In this document: one piece after another, positions 41,401 through 56,400 of the stretch
How positions within the stretch are numbered: the stretch's first letter is position 1
Layout of the letters: every line of letters begins with the position of its first letter
NCBI GenBank assembly: GCA_964016885.1
Contig: OZ024744.1
Location: forward strand, 14,446,001 to 14,510,000
Length of the DNA: 64,000 nucleotides
Direction: 5' to 3'
Origin: Eledone cirrhosa
Taxonomy: Eukaryota
Notes under the pieces: model-generated
What the model saw: the letters and a program-made list of their open reading frames with translations, nothing else
What the model was told of the DNA's origin: nothing
The model's database searches: none
Translations under genes and position numbers: made by a program

Positions 41401-44400
41401 AAGCCATGTGCCTCCATTGCAAGGCCAATGCTCTAACTACTAAGCCATGTGCCTCCATTGCAAGGCCAATGCTCTAACCACTAAGCCATGTGCCTCCATT
41501 GCAAGGCCAATGCTCTAACCATTAAGCCATGTGCCTCCATTGCAAGGCCAATGCTCTAACCACTAAGCCATGTGCCTCCATTGCAAGGCCAATACTCTGA
41601 ACCACTAAGCCATGTGCCTCCCTTGCAAGCCCAAAGCTCTAACCACTAAGTCATGTGACTCCATTGCAAGGCCAATGCTCTAACCACTAAGCCATGTGCA
41701 TCCATTGCAAAGCCAATGCTCTAACCACTAAGTCATGTGCCTCCATTGCAACGCCAATGCTCTAACCACTAAGTCATGTGCCTCCACTGCAAGGCTAATG
41801 CTCTAACCACTAAGTCATGCGCCTCCATTCAAGGCCAATGCTCTAACCACTAAGTCTTGTGCCTCCATTGCAAGGCCAATGCTCTAACCACTAAGCCATG
41901 TGCCTCCATTGCAAGGCCAATGCTCTAACCTCTAAGTCATCTACCTCCAATGAAGGGCCAATGCTCTAACCACTAAGCCATGTGCCGCAATTGCAAGGCC
42001 AATGCTCTAACCACTAAGTCATGTGCCTCCATTGCAAGGCCAATGCTCTAACCTCTAAGCCATGTGCCTCCATTGCAAAGCCAATGCTCTAACCACTAAG
42101 CCATGTGCCTCCATTGCAAGGTCAATGCTCTGAACCACTAGGTCATGTGCCTCAATTGCAAGGCCAATGCTCTAACCACTAAGCCATGTGCCTCACTTGC
42201 AAGGCCAATGCTCTAACCACTAAGCCATGTGACTCCATTGCAAGGCCAATCCTCTTACCACTAAGCCATGTGCCTCCATTGCAAGGCCAATACTCTAACC
42301 ACTAAGTCATGTGCCTCCATTGCAACGCCAATGCTCTAACCACTAAGTCATGTGCCTCCATTGCAAGGCCAATGCTCTAACCACTAAGTCATGCGCCTCC
42401 ATTGCAAGGCCAATGCTCTAACGTCTAAGCCATGTGCCTCCATTGCAAGGCCAATGTTCTAACCACTAAGACTTGTGCCTCCATTGCAAGGCCAATGCTC
42501 TAACCACTAAGCCATGTGCCTCCATTGCAAGGCCAATGCTCTAACCACTAAGTCATTTACCTCCATTGCAGGGCCAATGCTCTAACCTCTAAGTCATCTA
42601 CCTCCAATGCAGGGCCAATGCTCTAACCACTAAGCCATGTGCCGCAATTGCAAGGCCAATGCTCGAACCACTAAGTCATGTGCCTCCATTGCAAGGCCAA
42701 TGCTCTAACCACTAAGCCATGTGCCTCCACTGCAAGGCCAATGCTCTAACCACTAAGCCATGTGCCTCCATTGCAAGGTCAATGCTCTGAACCACTAGGT
42801 CACGTGCCTCAATTGCAAGGCCAATGCTCTTACCACTAAGCCATATGCCTCCATTGCAAGGCCAATACTCTAACCACTAAGTCATGTGCCTCCATTGCAA
42901 GGCCAATGCTCTAACCACTAAGTCATGCGCCTCCATTGCAAGGCCAATGCTCTAACCACTAAGCCATGTGCCTCCATTGCAAGGCCAATGTTCTAGCCAC
43001 TAAGTCATGCGCCTCCATTGCAAGGCCAATGCTCTAACCACTAAGCCATGTGCCTCCATTGCAAGGCCAATGCTCTAACAACTAAGCCATGTGCCTCCAT
43101 TACAAGGCCAATGCTCTAAACACTAAGCCATGTGCCTCCATTGCAAGACCAATGCTCTAACCACTAAGTCATCTGCCTCCATTGCAAAGCCAATGCTCTA
43201 ACCACTAAGTCACCTGCCTCCATTGCAAGGCCAATGCTCTAACCACTAAACCATGTGCCTCCATTGCAAGGCCAATGCTCTAACCACTAAGCCATGTGCC
43301 TCCATTGCAAGGCCAATGCTCTAACCACTAAGTCATGTGCCTCCATTGCTAGGCCAATGCTCTGACCACTAAGCCATGTGCCTCCATTGCAAGGCCAATG
43401 CTCTAACCACTAAACCATGTGCATCCATTGTAAGGCTAATGCTCTAACCACTAAGCCATGTGCCTCCATTGCAAGGCCAATGCTCTAACCACTAAGCCAT
43501 GTGCCTCCATTGCAAGGCCAATGTTCTAACCACTAAGTCATGTGCCTCCATTGCAAGGCCAATGCTCTAACCACTAAGCCATGTGCCTCCATTGCAAGGC
43601 CAATGATCTAACCACTAAGCAATGTGCCTACATTGCAAAACCAATGCTCTAACCACTAAGCCATGTGCCTCCATTGCAAGGCCAATGCTCTAACCACTAA
43701 GTCATGTGCCTCCATTGCAAGGCGAATGCTCTAACCACTAAGTCATGTACCTCCATTGCAAGGCCAATGCTCTAACCACTAAGCCATGTGCCTCCATTGC
43801 AAGGCCAATGCTCTAACCACTAAATCATGTGCCTCCATTGCAAGGCCAATGCACTAACCACTAAGTCATATGCCTCCATTGCAAGGCCAATGCTCTAACC
43901 ACTAAGCCATGTGCCTCCATTGCAAGGCCAATGCTCTAACTACTAAGCCATGTGCCTCCATTGCAAGGCCAATGCTCTAACCACTAAGCCATGTGCCTCC
44001 ATTGCAAGGCCAATACTCTGAACCACTAAGCCATGTGCCTCCCTTGCAAGGCCAAAGCTCTAACCACTAAGTCATGTGACTCCATTGCAAGGCCAATGCT
44101 CTAACCACTAAGCCATGTGCATCCATTGCAAAGCCAATGCTCTAACCACTAAGTCATGTGCCTCCATTGCAACGCCAATGCTCTAACCACTAAGTCATGT
44201 GCCTCCACTGCAAGGCTAATGCTCTAACCACTAAGTCATGCGCCTCCATTCAAGGCCAATGCTCTAACCACTAAGTCTTGTGCCTCCATTGCAAGGCCAA
44301 TGCTCTAACCACTAAGCCATGTGCCTCCATTGCAAGGCCAATGCTCTAACCTCTAAGTCATCTACCTCCAATGAAGGGCCAATGCTCTAACCACTAAGCC

Positions 44401-47400
44401 ATGTGCCGCAATTGCAAGGCCAAAGCTCTAACCACTAAGTAAGGTGCCTCCATTGCAAGGCCAATGCTCTAACCACTAAGCCATGTGCCTCCATTGCAAA
44501 GCCAATGCTCTAACCACTAAGCCATGTGCCTCCATTGCAAGGTCAATGCTCTGAACCACTAGGTCATGTGCCTCAATTGCAAGGCCAATGCTCTAACCAA
44601 TAAGCCATGTGCCTCACTTGCAAGGCCAATGCTCTAACCACTAAGCCATGTGACTCCATTGCAAGGCCAATCCTCTTACCACTAAGCCATGTGCCTCCAT
44701 TGCAAGGCCAATACTCTAACCACTAAGTCATGTGCCTCCATTGCAACGCCAATGCTCTAACCACTAAGTCATGTGCCTCCATTGTAAGGCCAATGCTCTA
44801 ACCACTAAGTCATGCGCCTCCATTGCAAGGCCAATGCTCTAACCTCTAAGCCATGTGCCTCCATTGCAAGGCCAATGTTCTAACCACTAAGACTTGTGCC
44901 TCCATTGCAAGGCCAATGCTCTAACCACTAAGCCATGTGCCTCCATTGCAAGGCCAATGCTCTAACCACTAAGTCATTTACCTCCATTGCAGGGCCAATG
45001 CTCTAACCTCTAAGTCATCTACCTCCAATGCAGGGCCAATGCTCTAACCACTAAGCCATGTGCCGCAATTGCAAGGCCAATGCTCTAACCACTAAGTCAT
45101 GTGCCTCCATTGCAAGGCCAATGCTCTAACCACTAAGCCATGTGCCTCCATTGCAAGGCCAATGCTCTAACCACTAAGCCATGTGCCTCCATTGCAAGGT
45201 CAATGCTCTGAACCACTAGGTCACGTGCCTCAATTGCAAGGCCAATGCTCTAACCACTAAGCCATGTGCCTCCCTTGCAAGGCCAATGCTCTAATCCCTA
45301 AGCCATGTGACTCCATTGCAAGGCCAATGCTCTTACCACTAAGCCATATGCCTCCATTGCAAGGCCAATACTCTAACCACTAAGTCATGTGCCTCCATTG
45401 CAAGGCCAATGCTCTAACCACTAAGTCATGCGCCTCCATTGCAAGGCCAATGCTCTAACCACTAAGCCATGTGCCTCCATTGCAAGGCCAATGTTCTAGC
45501 CACTAAGACTTGTGCCTCCATTGCAAGGCCAATGCTCTAACCACTAAGCCATGTGCCTCCATTGCAAGGCCAATGCTCTAACCACTAAGTCATTTACCTC
45601 CATTGCAGGGCCAATGCTCTAACCACTAAGCCATGTGCCGCAATTGCAAGGCCAATGCTCTAACCACTAAGTCATGTGCCTCCATTGCAAGGCCAATGCT
45701 CTAGCCACTAAGCCATGTGCCTCCATTGCAAGGCCAATGCTCTAACCACTACGCCATGTGCCTCCATTGCAAGGCCAATGCTCTAACCACTAAGCCATGT
45801 CCCTCCATTGCAAGGCCAATGCTCTAACCACTAAGCCATGTCCCTCCATTGCAAGGCCAATGCTCTAACCACTAAGCATGTGCCTCCATTGCAAGGCCAA
45901 TGCTCTAACCACTAAGCCATGTCCCTCCATTGCAAGGCCAATGCTCTAACCACTAAGCATGTGCCTCCATTGCAAGGCCAATGCTCTAACCACTAAGCCA
46001 TGTGCCTCCATTGCAACGCCAATGCTCTAACAACTAAGCCATGTGCCTCTATTGCAAGGCCAATGTTCTAACCACTAAGTCATGTACCTCCATTGCAAGG
46101 CCAATACTCTAACCACTAAGTCATGTACCTCCATTACAAGGCCAATACTCTAACCACTAAGCCATGTGCCTCCATTGCAAGGCCAATGCTCTAACCACTA
46201 GGTCATGTGCCTCCATTGCAACGCCAGTGCTCCTACCACTAAGTCATGTGCCTGCATTGCAAGGCCAATGCTCTAACCACTAAGTCATGCGCCTCCATTG
46301 CAAGGCCAATGCTCTAACCACTAAGCCATGTGCCGCAATTGCAAGGCCAATGCTCTAACCACTAAGTCATGTGCCTCCATTGCAAGGCCAATGCTCTAAC
46401 CAATAAGCCATGTGCCTCCATTGCAAGGCCAATGCTCTAACCACTACGTCATGTGCCTCCATTGCAAGGCCAATGCTCTAACCACTAAGTCATGTACCTC
46501 CATTGCAAGGCCAATCCTCTAACCACTAAGCCATGTCCCTCCATTGCAAGGCCAATGCTCTAACCACTAAGCCATGTGCCTCCATTACAAGGCCAATGTT
46601 CTAACCACTAAGCCATGTCCCTCCATTGCAAGGCCAATGCTCTAACCACTAAGGCATGTACCTCCATTGCAAGGCCAATGCGCTAACCACTAAGCCATGT
46701 GCCTCCATTGCAAAGCCAATGCTCTAATCACTAAGCCATGTGCCTCCATTACAAGGCCAATGCTCTAACCACTAAGCCATGTGCCTCCATTGCAAGGCCA
46801 ATGCTCTAACCACTAAGCATGTACCTCCATTGCAAGGCCAATGCTCTAACCACTAAGCCATATGCCTCCATTGCAAGGCCAATGCTCTAACCACTAAGCC
46901 ATGTGCCTCCATTGCAAGGCCAATGCTCTAAACAATAAGCCATGTTCCTCCAATGCAAGGCCAATGCTCTAACCACTAAGCCATGTGCCTCCATTGCAAG
47001 GCCAATGCTCTAACCACTAAGCCATGTGCCTCCATGGCAACGCCAATGCTCTAAACAATAAGCCATGTTCCTCCAATGCAAGGCCAATGCTCTAACCACT
47101 AATGCATGTGCCTCCATTGCAAGGCCAATGCTCTAACCACTAAGTCATGCGCCTCCATTGTAAGGCCAATGCTCTAACCACTAAGCCATGTGCCTCCATT
47201 GCAATGCCAATGTTCTAACCACTAAGTCTTGTGCCTCCATTGCAAGGCCAATGCTCTAACCACTAATCCATGTGCCTCCATTGCAAGGCCAATGCTCTAA
47301 CCACTAAGTCATCTACCTCCATTGCAGGGCCAATGCTCTAACCACCAAGCCATGTGCCGCAATTGCAAGGCCAATGCTCTAACCACTAAGTCATGTGCCT

Positions 47401-50400
47401 CCATTGCAAGGCCAATGCACTAACCACTAAGCCATATGCCTCCATTGCAAGGCCAATGCTCTAACCACTAAGCCATGTGCCTCCATTGCAAGGCCAATGC
47501 TCTAACCACTAAGTCATGTCCCTCCATTGCAAGGCCAATGCTCTAACCACTAAGCATGTGCCTCCATTGCAAGGCCAATGCTCTAAGCACTAAGCAATGA
47601 CCCTCCATTGCAAGGCCAATGCTCTAACCACTAAGCTATGTCCCTCCATTGCAAGGCCAATGCTCTAAAAACTAAGCCGTGTACCTCCATTGCATGGCCA
47701 ATGCGCTAACCACTAAGCCATGTGCCTCCATTGCAAAGCCAATGCTCTAACCACTAAGCCATGTGCCTCCATTACAAGGCCAATGCTCTAACCACTAAGC
47801 CATGTGCCTCCATTGCAAGGCCAATGCTCTAACCACTAAGCATGTGCCTCCATTGCAAGACCAATGCTCTAACCACTAAGCCATGTCCCTCCATTGCAAG
47901 GCCAATGCTCTACCCACTAAGTCATGTGCCTCCATTGCAAAGCCAATGCTCTAGCCACTAAGTCATGTGCCTCCATTGCAAGGCCAATGCTCTAACCACT
48001 AAGCCATGTCCCTCCATTGCAAGGCCAATGCTCTAACCACTAAGACATGTGCCTCCATTGCAAGGCCAATTCTCTAACCACTAAGTCATGTGCCTCCAAT
48101 GCAAGGCCAATGCTCTAACCACTAAGTCATGCGCCTCCGTTGCAAGGCCAATGCTCTAACCACTAAGCCATGTGCCTCCAATGCAAGGCAAATGCTCTAA
48201 CCACTAAGCCATGTGCCTCCATTGCAATGCCAATGTTCTAACCACTAAGTCTTGTGCCTCCATTGCAAGGCCAATGCTCTAACCACTAATCCATGTGCCT
48301 CCATTGCAAGCCCAATGCTCTAACCACTAAGTCATCTACCTCCATTGCAGGGCCAATGTTCTAACCACTAAGCGCTGTGCCGCAATTGCAAGGCCAATGC
48401 TCTAACCACTAAGTCATGTGCCTCCATTGCAAGGCCAATGCACTAACCACTAAGCCATGTGCCTCCATTGCAAGGCCAATGCTCTAACCACTAAGCCATG
48501 TGCCTCCATTGCAAGTCCAATGCTCTAACCACTAAGTCATGTCCCTCCATTGCAAGGCCTATGCTCTAACCACTAAGCACGTGCCTCCATTGCAAGACCA
48601 ATGCTCTAACCACTAAGCCATGTCCCTCCATTGCAAGGCCAATGCTCTAACCACTAAGCAATGTACCTCCATTGCAAGGCCAATGCTCTAACCACTAAGT
48701 CATGTGCCTCCATTGCAAGGCCAATGCTCTAACCACTAAGCCATGTGCCTCCAATGCAAGGCCAATGCTCTAACCACTAAACCATGTGCCTCCATTGCAA
48801 GGCCAATGCTCTAACCACTAAGCCATGTGCCTCCATTGCAAGTCAATGCTGTAACCACTAAGCCATGTGCCTCCATTGCAAGTCCAATGCTCTAACCACT
48901 AAGTCATGTCCCTCCATTGCAAGGCCAATGCTCTAACCACTAAACCATCTGCCTCCATTGCAAGGCCAATGCTCTAACCACTAAGTCATGTGCCTCCATT
49001 GCAAGGCCAATGCTCTAACCACTAAGCCATGTGCCTCCATTGCAAGGCCAATACTCTAACCACTAAGTCATGTGCCTCCATTGCAAGGCCAATGCTCTAA
49101 CCACTAAGTCATGTGCCTCCATTGCAAGGTCAATGCTCTAACCACTAAGTCATGTGCCTCCATTGCAAGGCCAATGCTCTAACCACTAAGTTATGTGCCT
49201 CCATTGCAAGGCCAATGCTCTAACCACTAAGTCATGTGCCTCCATTGCAAGGCCAATGCTCTAACCACTAAGCCATGTGCCTCCATTGCAAGTCAATGCT
49301 GTAACCACTAAGCCATGTGCCTCCATTGCAAGGCCAATGCTCTAACCACTAAGTCATGTGCCTCCATTGCAAGGCCAATGCTCTAACCACTAAGCCATGT
49401 GCCTCCATTGCAACGCCAATGCTCTAACAACTAAGCCATGTGCCTCTATTGCAAGGCCAATGTTCTAACCACTAAGTCATGTGCCTCCATGGCAAGGCCA
49501 ATACTCTAACCACTAAGCCATGTGCCTCCATTGCAAGGCCAATGCTCTAACCACTAAGCCATGTGCCTACATTGCAAGGCCAATGCTCTAACCACTAAGC
49601 CAAGTGCCTCCATTGCAAGGCCAATGCTCTAACCATTAAGTCATGTGCCTCCATTGCAAGGTGAATGCTCTAACCACTAAGTCATGTGCCTCCATTGCAA
49701 GGCCAATGCTCTAACCACTAAGCCATGTGCCTCCATTGCAAGGCCAATGCTCTAACCACTAAGCCATGTGCCTCCATTGCAAGGCCAATGCCCTAACCAC
49801 TAAGCCATGTGCCTCCATTGCAAGGCCAATGCTCTAACCACGAAGCCATGTGCCTCCATTGCAAGGCCAATGCTCTAACCACTAAGCCATGTGCTTCCAT
49901 TGCAAGGCCAATGCTCTAACCACTAAGCCATGTGCCTCCATTGCAAGGCCAATGTTCTAACCACTAAGTCATGTGCCTCCATTGCAAGGCCAATGCTCTA
50001 ACCACTAAGTCATGTGCCTCCATTGCAAGGTCAATGCTCTAACCACTAAACCATCTGCCTCCATTGCAAGGCCAATGCTCTAACCACTAAGTCATGTGCC
50101 TCCATTGCAAGGCCAATGCTCTAACCACTAAGACATATGCCTCCATTGCAAGGCCAATACTCTAACCACTAAGTCATGTGCCTCCAATGCAAGGCCAATG
50201 CTCTAACCACTAAGTCATGTGCCTCCATTGCAAGGTCAATGCTCTAACCACTAAGTCATGTGCCTTCATTGCAAGGCCAATGCTCTAAACACTAAGCCAT
50301 GTGCCTCCATTGCAAGGCCAATTCTCTAACCACTCAGCTATGTGCCTCCATTGCAAGGCCAATGCTCTAACCACTAAGTCATGTGCCTCCATTGCAAGGC

Positions 50401-53400
50401 CAATGCTCTAACCACTAAACCATCTGCCTCCATTGCAAGGCCAATGCTCTAACCACTAAGCCATGTGCCTCCATTGCAAGGCAAATGCTCTAACCACTAA
50501 GTCATGTGCCTCCATTGCAAGGCCAATGCTCTAACCACTAAACCATCTGCCCCCATTGCAAGGCCAATGCTCTAACCACTAAGTCATGTGCCTCCATTGC
50601 AAGGCCAATGCTCTAACCACTAAGCCATGTGCCTCCATTGCAAGGCCAATGCTCTAACCACTAAGCCATCTTCCTCCATTGCAAGATCAATGCTCTAACC
50701 ACTAAGTCATGTTCCTCCATTGCAAATCCAATGCTCTAACCACTAAGCCATGTGCCTCCATTGCAAGGCCAATGCTCTAACCACTAAGCCATGTGCCACC
50801 ATTGCAAGGCCAATGCTCTAACCACTAAGTCATGTGCCACCATTGCAAGGCTAATGCTCTAACCACTAAACCATCTGCCTCCGTTGCAAGGCCAATGCTC
50901 TAACCACTAAGCCATCTGCCTCCATTACAAGGCCAATGCTCTAACCACTAAGCCATGTGCCTCCATTGCAAGGCCAATGCTCTAACCACTAAGCCATGTG
51001 CCTCCATTGCAAGGCCAATGTTCTAACCACTAATTCATGTGCCTCCATTACAAGGCCAACGCTCTAACCACTAAGCCATGTGCCTCCATTGCAAGGCCAA
51101 TGCTCTAACCACTAAGCCATGTGCCTCCATTGCAAGGCCAATGCTCTAACCACTAAGCCATGTATCTCCATTGCAAGGACAATGCTCTAACCACTAAGTC
51201 ATGTGCCTCCATTGCAAGGCCAATGCTCTAACCACTAAGCCATGTGCCTCCATTGCAAGGCCAATGCTCTAACCACTAAGCCATGTGCCTCCATTGCAAG
51301 GCCAATGCTCTAACCACTAAGCCATGTGCCTCCACTGCAAGGCCAATGCTCTAACCACTAAGTCATGTGCCTCCATTGCAAGGCCAATGCTCTAACCACT
51401 AAGTCATGTGCCTCCATTGCAAGGCCAATGCTCTAACCACTAAGCCATGTGCCTCCATTGCAAGGCCAATGCTCTAACAACTAAGCCATGTGCCTCCATT
51501 GCAAAGCCAACGCTCTAACCACTAAGCCATGTGCCTCCATTGCAAGGCCAATGCTCTAACCACTAAGCCATGTGCCTCCATTGCAAGGCCAATGCTCTAA
51601 CCACTAAGCCATGTGCCTCCATTGCAAGGCCAATGCTCTAACCACTAAGCCATGTGCCTCCATTGCAAGGCCAATGTTCTAACCACTAAGTCATGTGCCT
51701 CCATTGCAAGGCCAATGCTCTAACCACTAAGTCATGTGCCTCCATTGCAAGGCCAATGCTCTAACCACTAAGCCATGTGCCTCCATTGCAAGGCCAATAC
51801 TCTAACCACTAAGTCATGTGCCTCCATTGCAAGGCCAATGCTCTAACCACTAAGTCATGTGCCTCCATTGCAAGGTCAATGCTCTAACCACTAAGTCATG
51901 TGCCTCCATTGCAAGGCCAATGCTCTAACCACTAAGTCATGTGCCTCCATTGCAAGGCCAATGCTCTAACCACTAAGTCATGTGCCTCCATTGCAAGGCC
52001 AATGCTCTAACCACTAAGTCATGCGCCTCCATTGCAAGGCCAATGCTCTAACCACTAAGCCATGTGCCTCGATTGCAAGGCCAATGCTCTAACCACTAAG
52101 CCATGTGCCTCCATTGCAAGGCCAATTCTCTAACCACTAAGCCATGTGCCTCCATTGCAAGGCCAATGCTCTAACCACTAAGTCATGTGCCTCCATTGCA
52201 AGGCCAATGCTCTAACCACTAAGCCATGTGCCTCCACTGCAAGGCCAATGCTCTAACCACTAAGTCATGTGCCTCCATTGCAAGGCCAATGCTCTAACCA
52301 CTAAGTCATGTGCCTCCATTGCAAGGCCAATGCTCTAACCACTAAGCCATGTGCCTCCATTGCAAGGCCAATGCTCTAACCACTAAGCCATGTGCCTCCA
52401 TTGCAAGGCCAATGTTCTAACCACTAAGTCATGTGCCTCCATTGCAAGGCCAATGCTCTAACCACTAAGTCATGTGCCTCCATTGCAAGGCCAATGCTCT
52501 AACCACTAAACCATCTGCCTCCATTGCAAGGCCAATGCTCTAACCACTAAGTCATGTGCCTCCATTGCAAGGCCAATGCTCTAACCACTAAGCCATGTGC
52601 CTCCATTGCAAGGCCAATACTCTAACCACTAAGTCATGTGCCTCCATTGCAAGGCCAATGCTCTAACCACTAAGTCATGTGCCTCCATTGCAAGGTCAAT
52701 GCTCTAACCACTAAGTCATGTGCCTCCATTGCAAGGCCAATGCTCTAACCACTAAGTTATGTGCCTCCATTGCAAGGCCAATGCTCTAACCACTAAGTCA
52801 TGTGCCTCCATTGCAAGGCCAATGCTCTAACCACTAAGTCATGCGCCTCCATTGCAAGGCCAATGCTCTAACCACTAAGCCATGTGCCTCGATTGCAAGG
52901 CCAATGCTCTAACCACTAAGCCATGTGCCTCCATTGCAAGGCCAATTCTCTAACCACTAAGCCATGTGCCTCCATTGCAAGGCCAATGCTCTAACCACTA
53001 AGTCATGTGCCTCCATTGCAAGGCCAATGCTCTAACCACTAAACCATCTGCCTCCATTGCAAGGCCAATGCTCTAACCACTAAGCCATGTGCCTCCATTG
53101 CAAGGCCAATGCTCCAACCACTAAGTCATGTGCCTCCATTGCAAGGCCAATGCTCTAACCACTAAACCATCTGCCTCCATTGCAAGGCCAATGCTCTAAC
53201 CACTAAGCCATGTGCCTCCATTGCAAGGCCAATGCTCTAACCACTAAGCCATGTTCCTCCATTGCAAGGCCAATGCTCTAACCACTAAGTCATGTTCCTC
53301 CATTGCAAATCCAATGCTCTAACCACTAAGCCATGTGCCTCCATTGCAAGGCCAATGCTCTAACCACTAAGCCATGTGCCACCATTGCAAGGTCAATGCT

Positions 53401-56400
53401 CTAAACACTAAGCCATGTGCCACCATTGCAAGGCCAATGCTCTAACCACTAAACCATCTGCCTCCGTTGCAAGGCCAATGCTCTAACCATTAAGCCATCT
53501 GCCTCCATTGCAAGGCCAATGCTCTAACCACTAAGCCATGTGCCTCCATTGCAAGGCCAATGCTCTAACCAATAAGCCAAGTGCCTCCATTGCAAGGCCA
53601 ATACTCTAACCACTAAGCCATGTGCCTCCATTGCAAGGCCAATGCACTAACCAATAAGCCATGTGCCTCCATTGCAAGGCCAATGCTCTAACCACTAAGC
53701 AATGTGCCTCCATTGCAAGGCCAATGCTCTAACCACTAAGCCATGTTCCTCCATTGCAAGGACAATGCTCTAACCACTAAGTCATGTTCCTCCATTGCAA
53801 AGCTAATGCTCTAACCACTAAGCCATGTGCCCCCATTGCAAGGCCAATGCTCTAACCACTAAGCCATGTGCCACCATTGCAAGGCCAATGCTCTAACCAC
53901 TAAACCATCTGCCTCCGTTGCAAGGCCAATGCTCTAACCACTATGCCATCTGCCTCCATTGCAAGGCCAATGCTCTAACCACTAAGCCATGTGCCTCCAT
54001 TGCAAGGCGAATGCTCTAACCAATAAGCCATGTGCCTCCATTGCAAGGCCAATGTTCTAACCACTAAGTCATGTGCCTCCATTGCAAGGCAAATGCTCTA
54101 ACCACTAAGTCATGTGCCTCCATTGCAAGGCCAATGCTCTAACCACTAAGACATATGCCTCCATTGCAAGGCCAATACTCTAACCACTAAGTCATGTGCC
54201 TCCATTGCAAGGTCAATGCTCTAACCACTAAGACATATGCCTCCATTGCAAGGCCAATGCTCTAACCACTAAGTCATGTGCCTCCATTGCAAGGTCAATG
54301 CTCTAACCACTAAGCCATGTGCCTCCATTGCAAGGCCAATGCTCTAACCACTAAGCCATGTGCCTCCATTGCAAGGCCAATTCTCTAACCACTAAGCCAT
54401 GTGCCTCCATTGCAAGGCCAATGCTCTAACCACTAAGTCATGTGCCTCCATTGCAAGCCCAATGCTCTAACCACTAAACCATCTGCCTCCATTGCAAGGC
54501 CAATGCTCTAACCACTAAGCCATGTGCCTCCATTGCAAGGCCAATGCTCTAACCACTAAGTCATGTGCCTCCATTGCAAGGCCAATGCTCTAACCACTAA
54601 ACCATCTGCCTCCATTGCAAGGCCAATGCTCTAACCACTAAGTCATGTGCCTCCCATTGCAAGGCCAATGCTCTAACCACTAAGCCATGTGCCCACATTG
54701 TAAGGCCAATGCTCTAACCACTAAGCCATGTTCCTCCATTGCAAGGCCAATGCTCTAACCACTAAGTCATGTTCTTCCATTGCAAATCCAATGCTCTAAC
54801 CACTAAGCCATGTATCTCCATTGCAAGGCCAATGCTCTAACCACTAAGCCATGTGCCACCATTGCAAAGCCAATGCTCTAACCACTATGTCATGTGCCAC
54901 CATTGCAAGGCCAATGCTCTAACCACTAAACCATCTGCCTCCGTTGCAAGGCCAATGCTCTAACCACTAAGCCATCTGCCTCCATTGCAAGGCCAATGCT
55001 CTAACCACTAAGCCATGTGCCTCCATTGCAAGGCCAATGCTCTAACCACTAAGCCATGTGCCTCCACTGCAAGGCCAATGCTCTAACCACTAAGTCATGT
55101 GCCTCCATTGCAAGGCCAATGCTCTAACCACTAAGTCATGTGCCTCCATTGCAAGGCCAATGCTCTAACCACTAAGCCCTGTGCCTCCATTGCAAGGCCA
55201 ATGCTCTAACAACTAAGCCATGTGCCTCCATTGCAAGGCCAACGCTCTAACCACTAAGCCATGTGCCTCCATTGCAAGGCCAATGCTCTAACCACTAAGC
55301 CATGTGCCTCCATTGCAAGGCCAATGCTCTAACCACTAAGCCATGTGCCTTCATTGCAAGGCCAATGCTCTAACAACTAAGCCATGTGCCTCCATTGCAA
55401 GGCCAACGCTCTAACCACTAAGCCATGTGCCTCCATTGCAAGGCCAATGCTCTAACCACTAAGCCATGTGCCTCCATTGCAAGGCCAATGCTCTAACCAC
55501 TAAGCCATGTGCCTCCATTGCAAGGCCAATGTTCTAACCACTAATTCATGTGCCTCCATTACAAGGCCAACGCTCTAACCACTAAGCCATGTGCCTCCAT
55601 TGCAAGGCCAATGCTCTAACCACTAAGCCATGTGCCTCCATTGCAAGGCCAATGCTCTAACCACTAAGCCATGTATCTCCATTGCAAGGACAATGCTCTA
55701 ACCACTAAGTCATGTGCCTCCATTGCAAGGCCAATGCTCTAACCACTAAGCCATGTGCCTCCATTGCAAGGCCAATGCTCTAACCACTAAGCCATGTGCC
55801 TCCATTGCAAGGCCAATGCTCTAACCACTAAGCCATGTGCCTCTACTGCAAGGCCAATGCTCTAACCACTAAGTCATGTGCCTCCATTGCAAGGCCAATG
55901 CTCTAACCACTAAGTCATGTGCCTCCATTGCAAGGCCAATGCTCTAACCACTAAGCCATGTGCCTCCATTGCAAGGCCAATGCTCTAACAACTAAGCCAT
56001 GTGCCTCCATTGCAAAGCCAACGCTCTAACCACTAAGCCATGTGCCTCCATTGCAAGGCCAATGCTCTAACCACTAAGCCATGTGCCTCCATTGCAAGGC
56101 CAATGCTCTAACCACTAAGCCATGTGCCTCCATTGCAAGGCCAATGCTCTAACCACTAAGCCATGTGCCTCCATTGCAAGGCCAATGTTCTAACCACTAA
56201 GTCATGTGCCTCCATTGCAAGGCCAATGCTCTAACCACTAAGTCATGTGCCTCCATTGCAAGGCCAATGCTCTAACCACTAAACCATCTGCCTCCATTGC
56301 AAGGCCAATGCTCTAACCACTAAGTCATGTGCCTCCATTGCAAGGCCAATGCTCTAACCACTAAGCCATGTGCCTCCATTGCAAGGCCAATACTCTAACC

